Positions 19,313 through 29,171 of a stretch of DNA of 64,000 nucleotides are shown here, one piece after another. Within the stretch, counting starts at the first letter, position 1. The number at the start of each line of letters is the position of its first letter. Source of the stretch: a bacterium (GTDB lineage: Bacteria > SAR324 > NAC60-12); assembly GCA_965233585.1 (NCBI GenBank), contig CBDDTI010000746.1, positions 121,905-185,904 on the forward strand, given 5' to 3'. The notes under the pieces were generated by a model. The model worked only from the letters and a program-made list of their open reading frames with translations. It was not told where the DNA came from and did not search any database. The position numbers and the translations under genes are program-made.

Positions 19313-20084
19313 AAGAGAAAGTATGTTAGAATCAACTGTCGATGTAGGAGACGAAGCCTCTATACAAAATGAAAATTCTTTTGTCATTAAAGGAGTCCAA
19401 AAACACATAGAGCTACAAATTACGCCAGGTGTTGATTTCATGAAGTTAAGGAATGACCTTGAAAGGTATTTTGAAGATGAGAACAACCAAAAACTGTATC
19501 AAGGACAAGTTTTAGTCCTGCAGCTTGGTGATTATGGAATGGAATGGCATCAATTTGAACACTTGAAGCATTATTTAAAAACTTGGTCTGATGTAGAGCT
19601 AGTCATTCATCCTGATTGGAGTAAAAATTTTTTTAAAGACTACTTTGAACAACCATCTTATCTTGATTTTGTAGAAAAAACTTTTGACTCCAGCAGTGAA
19701 GTTAGTCCCAACTTAGACATAGAAAATGCCGTGGTTATCAAAAATACCTTGCGTGCTGGAAGTTGTGTGAAGCATGATGAAACTGTGATTGTGCTTGGTG
19801 ATATTCACAGTAGCGCCAGCGTTTATAGCCAAAAGAATGTAGTAGTGTTAGGTCGGATTAAAGGGAAGACTTGTGCAGGTATGAATGGAGACAGAAAGTC
19901 TTTTATTTTTGGACTCCAAATGTTAGACTCTCACCTTGTCATTGCAGGAACAGAAGAAGATTTAAAGGGAAACAGTCAGAAAAAACCTGCAATCGCATAC
20001 CTCAAACAAGAAAAAACAGAACAAAAGGAAGCAAAGATTCAAATTGATCCTTGTGAAACATTTCATTCATTTATTCCAAAATAG
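19293..20084 (+). CDS. minC: Septum site-determining protein MinC. It likely starts at the internal Met at 19323
   Basis: The C-terminal beta-helix region IVLGDIHSSASVYSQKNVVVLGRIKGKTCAG matches MinC. It lies directly upstream of minD and minE. Confidence 0.8.
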   Translation: MPHRFYKRESMLESTVDVGDEASIQNENSFVIKGVQKHIELQITPGVDFMKLRNDLERYFEDENNQKLYQGQVLVLQLGDYGMEWHQFEHLKHYLKTWSDVELVIHPDWSKNFFKDYFEQPSYLDFVEKTFDSSSEVSPNLDIENAVVIKNTLRAGSCVKHDETVIVLGDIHSSASVYSQKNVVVLGRIKGKTCAGMNGDRKSFIFGLQMLDSHLVIAGTEEDLKGNSQKKPAIAYLKQEKTEQKEAKIQIDPCETFHSFIPK

Positions 20085-20086
20085 CT

Positions 20087-20881
20087 ATGAGTCAAATTTT
20101 TGTTGTGACTTCGGGAAAAGGAGGCGTTGGGAAGACAACAACGACTTGTAATCTAGCTGTTGCTGTTTGCAAGAATAAACCATCAGCTCAAGTCATAGTA
20201 GTTGATGGAGACATTGGGTTACGCAACTTGGACGTCGTCATGGGATTGGAAAATCGCATTGTCCATGACATTATTGACCTCATCAATGAGAATTGTGAAA
20301 TTGAACAGGCGTTAATTACACACAAGAAAGTGGCAAATCTCTCATTGATTGCTGCTTCTCAACATCACGAAAAAGAGGACATCTCATTGGAACAAATGAA
20401 AAACCTGTGTAGCAAGCTCAAAAAACATGCTGATTATGTTTTTATTGACTGCCCTGCAGGCATTGAGCAAGGCTTTAAAAATTGTGTTGGTGCAGCCGAT
20501 GAAGCGATTGTCATCTGTAATCCTGAAATGTCTGCTATTCGTGATGCTGACCGTGTCATTGGTTTGTTGAACTCTGAACAAATTTCTTCCAAACTGATTG
20601 TCAATCGGTTGATTCCTGAATTGGTTAAAGATGAAAAAACTCTCTCTTACCAGGACATTCAAGACGGGTTAGCCATTCCTTTACTGGGGGTCATTCCTGA
20701 AGACCAAAATGTTTTACTTGCTTCCAATGAGGGTAAGTCGTTGTTTGATTTTAAAGATTCGCAAGCGGCATTGGCATATCAAAGAATTGCAAGACGATTG
20801 AGTGGTGAAGAAGTCGTCGTCCCACGTTTTCGTTCGGATACTACCCTTTTTAGAAACCTAAAAAAATGGTTTAAAGGATGA
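20087..20881 (+). CDS. minD: Septum site-determining ATPase MinD
   Basis: VTSGKGGVGKTTTTCNLA is the deviant Walker A. Confidence 0.95.
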   Translation: MSQIFVVTSGKGGVGKTTTTCNLAVAVCKNKPSAQVIVVDGDIGLRNLDVVMGLENRIVHDIIDLINENCEIEQALITHKKVANLSLIAASQHHEKEDISLEQMKNLCSKLKKHADYVFIDCPAGIEQGFKNCVGAADEAIVICNPEMSAIRDADRVIGLLNSEQISSKLIVNRLIPELVKDEKTLSYQDIQDGLAIPLLGVIPEDQNVLLASNEGKSLFDFKDSQAALAYQRIARRLSGEEVVVPRFRSDTTLFRNLKKWFKG

Positions 20882-21132
20882 TTTTTGGGAAAAAACAAAA
20901 AAAACCAAGTAGTGCAGAAATTGCGAAGAGCAGACTAAGTTTGGTCCTGGAGGAAGATAGAATCAATTTGCGACAAGAACAAAAAGAAGAAATGCAACGA
21001 AGGCTTTACGATGTCGTTCAGGAGTTTCTGCCTAACATAGACCTACATATTGACATTACCTATGGTCAAGATAGTCCCGAAGTCAAAGTTGTAGCAAACC
21101 GATCCAAAAGAAAGTCTGGTCTAGCTACTTAA
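20878..21132 (+). CDS. minE: Cell division topological specificity factor MinE
   Basis: SAEIAKSRLSLVLEEDR is MinE-like. 84 aa, with a 4-nt overlap with minD. Confidence 0.85.
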   Translation: MIFGKKQKKPSSAEIAKSRLSLVLEEDRINLRQEQKEEMQRRLYDVVQEFLPNIDLHIDITYGQDSPEVKVVANRSKRKSGLAT

Positions 21133-21198
21133 TTGAAAATCTGTTATACAACAATTATCATCACATAGTCCTATACTACTTTTTCGTTTTTCTGAATT

Positions 21199-23196
21199 AT
21201 GCCAGATATAGGTTACCTTGTTCTTGTCCTTGCGCTCGTCTCTTGTGTTTACTCCATTTTAGCCACTCCATTAGCCATTTATTGGAATAACTGGAACTTG
21301 GTGCAGTCTTCACAATATGCGGCTTTTGCAAACTTCTTTCTTTTGGCTGTTGCAGCAGCAACGATGGAATATAATCTCATCACAAGCAATTTTGAGGTTG
21401 CGTATGTTTGGAGGCATTCCAGCGCAGATATGCCACTTTTCTATAAAATCACAGCTTTGTGGGGTGGTTTGGAAGGGTCGTTGTTGTTTTGGGCAACCTT
21501 GCAAAGCCTCTTTACAATGATTGTGGCGTATGTCTATCGCTATTCTCACCGTGAGGTCATTCCCTACGTGCTAGTGACTTTGCACTTCATTCTTGCCTTT
21601 TTCCTAACATTACTTGTCGGGTGGTCTAATCCTTTTGCAACTCAATTTCCCCAAGAATTGGGCAGAGGTCTCAACCCCTTGCTTCAAAATATTGCAATGA
21701 CCATGCACCCTCCTACTTTGTACTTAGGATACATTGGCTTTAGTGTCCCTTTTGCTTTTGCAATAGGTGGTCTGTTGAAGGGAAAGGTTGACAATGCGTG
21801 GGTGATGACGACAAGACGTTGGACGTTGTTTGCATGGTATTTTTTAAGTATGGGCTTGATGATTGGCGGAGAGTGGGCTTATGAAGAATTGGGCTGGGGA
21901 GGATACTGGGGCTGGGACCCTGTGGAAAACTCGGCTTTGATGCCATGGCTCACAGGAACAGCATTTTTGCATTCCATCATGGTTCAAGAAAAACGCAACA
22001 TGCTGAAAATTTGGAATGTTGTCCTGATTATTGCCACATTCTCCCTAAGCATTCTCGGGACTTTCTTGACTCGTTCAGGTGTTGTCAATTCGGTGCATTC
22101 CTTTTCTGAATCAGACATAGGTCCTGCCTTTGTCGGATTCTTGCTTTTTGTATTGATGACAGGACTTACCCTAATCTTTTGGAGAATTAGACAACTGGAG
22201 TCAAACTACCAAATTGAATCCATTTTTTGCAGAGAAAATATCTTTTTAGCACAAAATATTTTATTCATTGGGATTGCATTCACAGTGCTACTTGGCACCA
22301 TTTTTCCCATTCTTGCAGAAGCTGTAAGAGGCACAAAACTTTCTATTCAAGCCCCTTTTTTCACAGCAGTCACAGCCCCGATGGGTTACATTCTTTTTTT
22401 TCTCATTGGGATTGGAACACTGATCGCGTGGAGACGTGCAAGTTGGTCAAGCCTCAAAAGAAATTTTGCAATGCCTGCCATCGTTGGTTGTTTGGGAACA
22501 GCGGCGACGGCAATATTTATTCCTTTTCGTTTTTTTGAACCATTCCTGATTATTTGGATTGCCTTCTTCCTAACAACAACCATCGTCCGTGAGCTTATTG
22601 TCGTTGTGAGGTCAAAAGCTAGACAACTTAAGTCAGATTGGCTCACGGCATTGGTGACAGTGGTGAGCAACAATTCAAGACGATATGGCGGTTTGATTAT
22701 TCATTTAGGAGTAGTAACTATGTTTTTGGGCTTTGCAGGACGTTTTTTTGATTTTGAAAAAGACATTGCTCTGCAAGTCAATCGTACCGAAGTGGTTGGG
22801 GACTATCAACTCAGGTTTAAGGGAATGGAGGAGTTTCCCGTCCGCAATGCTTTGCACCGTGCCGCTGTGATTGAAGTCTATCAAGAGGGTCAGTTGGTTG
22901 ATGTAATGAAACCTGCCAAAAGCTTTTATCCTACGCAACCTGACCCGCTATCAGAGGTCGCAATACGCAGGTCTTTTTTCCATGACCTCTATCTAGTGCT
23001 TGCTAATGAATCGGAAGGTGGACAAGTTGCCGTGATTAGGGTTCACATCAATCCAATGGTGATGTGGGCGTGGATGACTTTGCCTTTGTTTACACTTGGA
23101 TTTCTTGTTTCAATGGCATACTATCCAAAATCTCTGGTCTTTGATCGTCAAATAAGTTACATTCAACATCAGAAAACAATTAGAACAGGAGTCTAA
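21199..23196 (+). CDS. ccmF: Cytochrome c-type biogenesis protein CcmF (heme lyase)
   Basis: 665-aa polytopic protein with the tryptophan-rich segment typical of CcmF. It is followed by ccmG and ccmH. Confidence 0.9.
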   Translation: MPDIGYLVLVLALVSCVYSILATPLAIYWNNWNLVQSSQYAAFANFFLLAVAAATMEYNLITSNFEVAYVWRHSSADMPLFYKITALWGGLEGSLLFWATLQSLFTMIVAYVYRYSHREVIPYVLVTLHFILAFFLTLLVGWSNPFATQFPQELGRGLNPLLQNIAMTMHPPTLYLGYIGFSVPFAFAIGGLLKGKVDNAWVMTTRRWTLFAWYFLSMGLMIGGEWAYEELGWGGYWGWDPVENSALMPWLTGTAFLHSIMVQEKRNMLKIWNVVLIIATFSLSILGTFLTRSGVVNSVHSFSESDIGPAFVGFLLFVLMTGLTLIFWRIRQLESNYQIESIFCRENIFLAQNILFIGIAFTVLLGTIFPILAEAVRGTKLSIQAPFFTAVTAPMGYILFFLIGIGTLIAWRRASWSSLKRNFAMPAIVGCLGTAATAIFIPFRFFEPFLIIWIAFFLTTTIVRELIVVVRSKARQLKSDWLTALVTVVSNNSRRYGGLIIHLGVVTMFLGFAGRFFDFEKDIALQVNRTEVVGDYQLRFKGMEEFPVRNALHRAAVIEVYQEGQLVDVMKPAKSFYPTQPDPLSEVAIRRSFFHDLYLVLANESEGGQVAVIRVHINPMVMWAWMTLPLFTLGFLVSMAYYPKSLVFDRQISYIQHQKTIRTGV

Positions 23197-23197
23197 C

Positions 23198-23737
23198 ATG
23201 TTTTTAAAGTCGTGGAAGTTTTGGAGCTTTGCATTTGTGATAGGGTCTTTTTCTGCATTGCTTGCCTTTGGACTGACAAAAGACCCTAAAAAAGTTCCCT
23301 CTCCTCTGCTAAATCAACCCGCACCAAGTTTTTCACTCAAAAGCCTATTTGATGATACAAAACAAAAATCTTTATCCAGCTTTCAGGGCAAGCCGCTGGT
23401 CATCAATTTTTGGGCGTCATGGTGTACAGAATGTCGCATTGAAGCAGGAACTCTCAAAGACTTTTACCAAAAATCAGAGTTGCAAGAAAAACGAGCAACA
23501 TTGATTGGCATCGCAATTCAAGATACAGAAGACCGAGCAAAAGGTTTTGCCATCCAGTTTCAAAAAGAATACTTTCTGGCGTTGGACAATTCAGGAGATA
23601 TTGCAATGGATTATGGTGTTTATGGCGTTCCCGAAACGTTTTTTATTGATGCTCAAGGCATTGTTCGTTACAAGCATATCGGGGTTGTCACTCCTGAACT
23701 CATGGAAGACACACTGAATTTGTTAGAAAGTTTCTGA
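23198..23737 (+). CDS. ccmG: Thiol:disulfide interchange protein CcmG/DsbE
   Basis: NFWASWCTEC is the CxxC motif. There is an N-terminal TM anchor. Confidence 0.85.
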   Translation: MFLKSWKFWSFAFVIGSFSALLAFGLTKDPKKVPSPLLNQPAPSFSLKSLFDDTKQKSLSSFQGKPLVINFWASWCTECRIEAGTLKDFYQKSELQEKRATLIGIAIQDTEDRAKGFAIQFQKEYFLALDNSGDIAMDYGVYGVPETFFIDAQGIVRYKHIGVVTPELMEDTLNLLESF

Positions 23738-24204
23738 TGAGATTTGTCCTAATTTCCATCTTCTACCTGTTCTCTTTTGTTGCTTTTGCTCAGTCATTAA
23801 ACGAAGCTGCGCAAGAAAGTCGGATTCGTGATTTGTACACACAATTCCGTTGCCCAACCTGTCAAGGTCTTTCTGTCAAGGATTCTCAAGCAGGATTTTC
23901 CCGAGAGATTCGTGAAAAAATTCAGCAGATGGTCAGGTCTGGTCAAACTGACGAACAGATTAAAGCATTCTTTGTCAAACGTTACGGTGACTGGATTTTG
24001 CGGGCGCCTCCAAAAGAAGGATTTAATCTTGTGTTATGGATTGCCCCTTTTGCCTTGTTGCTGATTGCAGGTGTGTTCACTGCCAAAATGGTTTTACGTT
24101 CCACAGAAAAACTCAAAGTCTCACAAAAAATGGACGATGAACCCCTCAGCGAACAGGAATTGCAGATTGTAGAAAGAGACCTTCAACGATTCAAAAAAAG
24201 TTGA
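23737..24204 (+). CDS. ccmH: Cytochrome c-type biogenesis protein CcmH
   Basis: FRCPTCQG is the LRCxxC motif, followed by a TM helix. Confidence 0.8.
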   Translation: MRFVLISIFYLFSFVAFAQSLNEAAQESRIRDLYTQFRCPTCQGLSVKDSQAGFSREIREKIQQMVRSGQTDEQIKAFFVKRYGDWILRAPPKEGFNLVLWIAPFALLLIAGVFTAKMVLRSTEKLKVSQKMDDEPLSEQELQIVERDLQRFKKS

Positions 24205-24965
24205 CTTTCTTCTCCATCATTACTCCCTCCTTTCAATCTGGGACGCTTCTCCCCAAAACTTGCGAAAGTTTGTACAGCCAAGATTTCACATCGTATGAGC
24301 ATCTCATCGTAGATGGAGGTTCAACTGATGGTACAGTGGAGTGGTTGCAACAAAACCTACCTGAACATTCTCGTTACCTTTCAGAACCAGACCAAGGCAT
24401 CTATGATGCGATCAATAAGGGGATTCAGATGGCTAGTGGACAACTCGTTAATATTTTGAATGCAGGAGACTTGCTTGAACCCAATGCTTTAAGTTTCATG
24501 GCTCAAGAATATCAAAAAATTCCTTTTGAGATGGCTGTCGGAAAGTATTACTGGATTTATCCAAAGCAAGATATTTTAGTCACACCAAACCTTGTCAAAC
24601 TGGCTCAAGGATACCCCATTTGCCATCAAGCTGTTTTTTATTCTCGCCAACTTCATGAAACATTAGGGTTATACGATTTAAGATACCCCAAAGCGGCAGA
24701 TTATAAATTCATCAGACAACAAAAATGGATTCACGAGCTTGATTTTGCGGTTTGTCGTTATGACCTGTCAGGTGTCTCTGCCAAACATTTTCTGGAATAT
24801 GCAAAAGAAGTCTTAGAAATTGACAGAGAACTTGGAGTTCCCATTTGGAGACGTGAGATGACTTATTGGAACAAGTGGTGGCGTTTTCAAATCCGAAATC
24901 TTCTAAAAAGCCTTCGGATTGATTTTTTTCTTCTGATTTATAGAAAAATCATACATTCAAGCTAA
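24201..24965 (+). CDS. Family 2 glycosyltransferase with a TTG start overlapping the ccmH stop
   Basis: FSIITPSFQSG...LIVDGGSTDGT is the GT2 N-terminal signature. Confidence 0.65.
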   Translation: MTFFSIITPSFQSGTLLPKTCESLYSQDFTSYEHLIVDGGSTDGTVEWLQQNLPEHSRYLSEPDQGIYDAINKGIQMASGQLVNILNAGDLLEPNALSFMAQEYQKIPFEMAVGKYYWIYPKQDILVTPNLVKLAQGYPICHQAVFYSRQLHETLGLYDLRYPKAADYKFIRQQKWIHELDFAVCRYDLSGVSAKHFLEYAKEVLEIDRELGVPIWRREMTYWNKWWRFQIRNLLKSLRIDFFLLIYRKIIHSS

Positions 24966-25031
24966 AGTTTAGGGAGGGGAAGCCGATACGTTAGTTAAAC
25001 CAATGTTTAACTTGTCATGTCAAAGGCTCCC

Positions 25032-25178
25032 ATGAAAAAGAAATCCAACAAAATCATCACCATCCCTAACTCTCGCAAAAAACGTTTTCACAGACTGACA
25101 CCTGAAGAGGTGTTAATTCGCAAAGAAGAAAGTTGCAGAACTCGCCTGAGACGCAAAAGAAGACGTTCAAGAAAATAA
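25032..25178 (+). CDS. Unannotated small ORF encoding a highly basic 48-aa peptide
   Basis: MKKKSNKIITIPNSRKKRFHRLTPEEVLIRKEESCRTRLRRKRRRSRK. It is below the ORF-track length cut-off and convergent with the redoxin gene. The only support is the open frame and the ribosomal-protein-like basic composition. Confidence 0.25.
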   Translation: MKKKSNKIITIPNSRKKRFHRLTPEEVLIRKEESCRTRLRRKRRRSRK

Positions 25179-25186
25179 GAAATTTT

Positions 25187-25741
25187 CTACTTCCACTTGA
25201 TGTTGCAACCCAGACTAGGCTTTTGATGAGCTGGAATGTCTTTGCCTTCAAGGAGGCAATCCATTGCTTGTTTTAAGTCTTGACCTGTAACCGCAACCCC
25301 GCTGTTTGGACGAGAATCATCAAATTGTCCACGATAGACGCATTCCAACTTCTGGTCAAATAGATAAAAGTCAGGAGTGCATGCTGCCTGATACGCCTTT
25401 GCAACTTCCTGTGTTTCATCAAAAAGATAAGGAAATTGAAAGCCAAATTGTTCTGCAAATTCTTTCATTTTTTCAGGAGAATCGTCAGGGTAATTTGCAA
25501 CATCATTAGCACTGATTGCAGCAAAGGCAACCCCTTTTTTCATGTACTCGTGAGCCACTTGAACCAAAACTTCTCTAATTGCAATCACAAAAGGACAGTG
25601 GTTACAGATGAACATCACGACGATAGGTCGCACCTGACTGATTTGCTCAAGTTTCATTTGTTGACCTGAAACAACGTCAGGCAGTGAAAAATCAGGAGCA
25701 ACTGCCCCTAGTGGAATCATGTTTGAGGGTGTTCTAGCCAT
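25187..25741 (-). CDS. Thioredoxin-fold (redoxin/AhpC-TSA-like) protein
   Basis: MFICNHCPFV is a CxxC in a thioredoxin-fold context. 184 aa. Confidence 0.6.
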   Translation of the reverse strand: MARTPSNMIPLGAVAPDFSLPDVVSGQQMKLEQISQVRPIVVMFICNHCPFVIAIREVLVQVAHEYMKKGVAFAAISANDVANYPDDSPEKMKEFAEQFGFQFPYLFDETQEVAKAYQAACTPDFYLFDQKLECVYRGQFDDSRPNSGVAVTGQDLKQAMDCLLEGKDIPAHQKPSLGCNIKWK

Positions 25742-26162
25742 ATTTAATTTTTCCTATTGGTCATTGTTAAAAAACGAAACACGGGGCCAATTTTAAAATG
25801 AAAATTAACACCTTGTCATCAAAAATTTACTGCATTTTAGCATGTTTGGCAATGCTGTTTTTGACCTTTTGAATCAATAATCCTGTCAGAGTCCTGTCTT
25901 TTTATTTTTCCTAAATTTTACATTTTTTAACAATTCTCAAAGTTTTAAGTCACTCATTAGCGCAATGATTGGTGGCTGTCACAGTCTTTGGTCTTCCATA
26001 GTTCATAATCTAATTATCTTGAGTATTTGGAGAAATAACGACTAAAAACCAGCTTTGACTCACTTGACAGCAGTATCTTTGTGACATCAATGATGAAGGT
26101 TTATTTAGATTTTTTGTGTTCTTCATGCAAAAGTTTCTGATTAAAAATACAGGATAAACATC

Positions 26163-26190
26163 TTGACATAAAAATAATTCAGTCTATAAT
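26163..26190 (+). promoter_or_regulatory. Near-consensus sigma70 promoter (TTGACA-N16-TATAAT) upstream of the ABC importer operon
   Basis: TTGACA is at 26163-26168, followed by a 16-nt spacer and TATAAT at 26185-26190. This is ~100 nt upstream of the permease start. Confidence 0.55.
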
Positions 26191-26294
26191 CTTTTGGCTA
26201 GTGCTATTTAATTTTCAGTTATCAAGCTAAATAAAAAAAGAAGATAGCACTTATTTTTTCTGTTGCTATTGCATGAAAAATATACGAGCTGAAA

Positions 26295-27347
26295 ATGACA
26301 CATCCTATAGGAAGTTTACTTAGATACAGATCGCATCTTTTGTCTGTTATGTTTTTTGCTATTATGCTTACGATTGCTGTTTTTTCTTCTGGTTTGGGCC
26401 CTGTTTCCATTGATGCCTTGACTGTTTCAAAGGTAGCAACCCATCATATCATCGGCATACCATCAGAACCATCATGGCCTCTTTACATAGACTCTATTGT
26501 TTGGTTGGCGCGGTTGCCCAGAATTTTCATGGCAATGGCAGCAGGGGCAATATTAGCAGTTTCTGGGGCGGTTCTGCAAGCCATCATTCGCAACCCACTT
26601 GCAGAGCCGTATGTGTTGGGAGTGAATGCGGGTGCGTCAACAGGTGCGGCATTGGTCATCACAGGTTTGAGTTTTGCTGCAGGTAGTATTGTTCATCTTT
26701 CTATTGCGGCATTTCTCGGAGCGTTATTCGCCATGGTGTTAGTCTTATTGATTACGGGCTTTCGGGACGTGACTTCGTTCCGTTTGATCATGTCAGGGCT
26801 AGCTGTTGGCTATGGACTGAGTTCTATTACCAGCTTTCTAATATTTGCATCAGATTCTCCAGAGATGTCCCGTTCAGTAATGTTTTGGCTGATGGGATCC
26901 ATGGCTGCCATTAAATGGCAAACAGCTATTTTAACGACAGTGATCTCCATCATATTTTTGTTAATGATTATGGTGTTTTCGGGTTATTTAGATGCCATGG
27001 CTGCAGGTGATGAGACGTCTCTAGCAGTTGGCATATCACCCAGCCAAACACGTATTTCCCTAATGGTTATCATATCCATGGGGGTTGGAGTGGTCATAGC
27101 GGGTGCTGGTAGTATTGGGTTTGTAGGGTTGATCATTCCCCATTTTGCCAGATCCGTATTAGGCTCAAGCCACCGTTTTATGTTGCCATCATGTGCATTT
27201 ATGGGCGGAGCATTTCTGTTAATTGCAGATATGGGAGCAAGACTCCTATTTGCACCTCAAGAAATGGCGATAGGTGTGGTCACCGGTGTTATCGGCTTTC
27301 CGTTCCTAGTGTACATTTTATACTCTAGCAATTCTTGTTCAAAATAA
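26295..27347 (+). CDS. FecCD/BtuC-family ABC transporter permease (iron-siderophore/heme/B12 type)
   Basis: 350 aa, ~10 TM segments, FecCD-like. Confidence 0.8.
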   Translation: MTHPIGSLLRYRSHLLSVMFFAIMLTIAVFSSGLGPVSIDALTVSKVATHHIIGIPSEPSWPLYIDSIVWLARLPRIFMAMAAGAILAVSGAVLQAIIRNPLAEPYVLGVNAGASTGAALVITGLSFAAGSIVHLSIAAFLGALFAMVLVLLITGFRDVTSFRLIMSGLAVGYGLSSITSFLIFASDSPEMSRSVMFWLMGSMAAIKWQTAILTTVISIIFLLMIMVFSGYLDAMAAGDETSLAVGISPSQTRISLMVIISMGVGVVIAGAGSIGFVGLIIPHFARSVLGSSHRFMLPSCAFMGGAFLLIADMGARLLFAPQEMAIGVVTGVIGFPFLVYILYSSNSCSK

Positions 27348-27393
27348 GACTTGCTACTATTCATTATATTAATATCTTAATTCAAGGATAATT

Positions 27394-28368
27394 ATGACTC
27401 ATATTCTCAAAAAAACATATTTAGCAGCATCTGGTTTGTCTCTGATGCTTGCCAGTCAGACCACCATCCTAGCAGACGGTCACTTCCCAGTTACAGTTGA
27501 AAACTGCGGTGTACAAGTCACCATTGCCAAACAACCCAAGCGGGTATTCTTGGTAAACAATGACAGTATTTCTCTAGTTGATGAGGTAAATAGCTTAGAC
27601 ACCATCATTGCTAGAACTGCTACACCCGTTAAAGGCGCATACACAGATCAAGTCATGGAAATGATGGCAGATGTTCCTTTAGTGTCTAAGAAGAAAAATG
27701 ACACTGGAGGTTCTATTATCACGTTGGAATCTGTGTTATCTTATCAACCTGATTTAGTGCTATCTCCTGATAGTTCTGTTGACCGTGATGCACTAGCTCA
27801 AAGTGGCATTCCCCTATATTCTCCCCCTGCCTTCTGCAAAGATAAAAGCAAACGTCCATCAGGTGATGCTAGCTACCAACTGGTCTATTCTGAACTGAAA
27901 AACTATGGCAAAATGTTTGGTCAAAGAGACTTGGCTAGTCAAAAAATTGCTAAACTAAAAGCCATTGCATCAAATCCCGGTGGATTAGGTAAATTTGGGG
28001 GTACTGGTGCAGCATTCTATGTTGGTGGTAATGGCACTCTATACCCCTACGGTGCTGGAAGTATGGTCACCCCCATTTTTAATGCCGTTGGTATTAAAAA
28101 TGTTTACGAAGGTGAGAAACAACGTGTGTTTGAGGTTAGCATGGAGGACATTCTAGGTAAAAACCCTGATACTGTCGTCCTGTTGTTAGCATCAGGTACT
28201 GCAGAAGACCTAGTGAACAAGTTCTATTCTATCAGCGGTACTGAATCCCTAAACGCAGTGAAAAATGAGAAGGTTGTCGTTTTACCATTTGCGTTCACTG
28301 ATCCGCCCACACCTCATTCTGTATATGGTGCAAAAGAATTAGCAAAACGCCTATCAGAATTGAGGTGA
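27394..28368 (+). CDS. Periplasmic substrate-binding protein of the type III ABC importer
   Basis: Signal peptide and a cluster A-2 / FepB/BtuF-like organization. It sits between the permease and the ATPase. Confidence 0.65.
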   Translation: MTHILKKTYLAASGLSLMLASQTTILADGHFPVTVENCGVQVTIAKQPKRVFLVNNDSISLVDEVNSLDTIIARTATPVKGAYTDQVMEMMADVPLVSKKKNDTGGSIITLESVLSYQPDLVLSPDSSVDRDALAQSGIPLYSPPAFCKDKSKRPSGDASYQLVYSELKNYGKMFGQRDLASQKIAKLKAIASNPGGLGKFGGTGAAFYVGGNGTLYPYGAGSMVTPIFNAVGIKNVYEGEKQRVFEVSMEDILGKNPDTVVLLLASGTAEDLVNKFYSISGTESLNAVKNEKVVVLPFAFTDPPTPHSVYGAKELAKRLSELR

Positions 28369-29121
28369 ATGATCAAAGCTAACAATTTATGTTTTTCCCG
28401 ACAGGGAAAGTCCATATTAAATTCTGTTAGTCTGACTTTGGAACAGAGCGAAACCCTTGGTGTCATCGGTCCCAACGGTTGCGGAAAAACCACTTTACTT
28501 CGCCTTTTATTTGGGGCGGAGCAAGTGGATCGTGGCTCCATTACTCTAAATGGTCACCCTCTAAAAGGAATGAATCGCAAACACATTGCCCGAAACATCG
28601 CTTACATGCCGCAGGAACGTCCTGTTGATTTTGGACAAACGGTGATGGATTTAGTTATGCTAGGGAGGTTGTGCCACCATGGTTTGTTATCTGTTCGGAA
28701 TGAGGATGATACGAACCATGCCAAACAAGCTTTAGAAAAGGTTGGTCTCACTCATTTACAAGACCGTAAAATATCCAATTTGTCAGGGGGTGAAATTCAA
28801 CGCGTTCTGATTGCTCGAACTTTGTGTCAAGGAGCCGATGTTATCTTCTTAGATGAACCTACCAATCATTTAGACATCAGCTATCAAATAGAAATTCTTG
28901 ATTTGATTACCCGCTTAAACTGTTCATCAATACTGGTATTACACGATATAAATTTGGCATCACGTTACTGCGATCGTATCATGCTGTTAAATAATGGTTG
29001 CATTCATGCTATTGGAACGCCGCAACAGGTTTTAACAGAACAAAATCTATCCCACGTCTATCAAATCCAAATGACCTGTATGCAGGATACAAGAGACCGA
29101 TTGCATGTCGTGGTGAATTAA
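28369..29121 (+). CDS. ABC transporter ATP-binding protein (FepC/FecE/BtuD-like)
   Basis: GPNGCGKTTLLR is Walker A, LSGGEIQRV is the ABC signature, and IFLDEPT is Walker B. Confidence 0.85.
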   Translation: MIKANNLCFSRQGKSILNSVSLTLEQSETLGVIGPNGCGKTTLLRLLFGAEQVDRGSITLNGHPLKGMNRKHIARNIAYMPQERPVDFGQTVMDLVMLGRLCHHGLLSVRNEDDTNHAKQALEKVGLTHLQDRKISNLSGGEIQRVLIARTLCQGADVIFLDEPTNHLDISYQIEILDLITRLNCSSILVLHDINLASRYCDRIMLLNNGCIHAIGTPQQVLTEQNLSHVYQIQMTCMQDTRDRLHVVVN

Positions 29122-29171
29122 ATCTCTTATGACACTCCAAATTTATTTGTACAAATTTTAAAGAACAACCC

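Noticed and set aside
20384-20662. Antisense or embedded ORFs inside minD, ccmF, topA, ydiJ, ftsH and others (for example 20384..20662, 21310..21549, 44383..45413, 48894..49235, 54168..55178).
   Set aside because: Each is fully contained in a strongly supported gene on the other strand or frame, and has no domain signatures.
26169-26190. A Fur box overlapping the promoter of the iron-type ABC importer.
   Set aside because: The sequence AAAATAATTCAGTCTATAATC matches the GATAATGATAATCATTATC consensus only weakly. It cannot be called without a PWM scan.
25742-26294. A cobalamin riboswitch upstream of the BtuCDF-like transporter.
   Set aside because: I could not find a B12-box (AGYCMGgAAGRCC-like) by eye. 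It needs an Infernal/Rfam scan.
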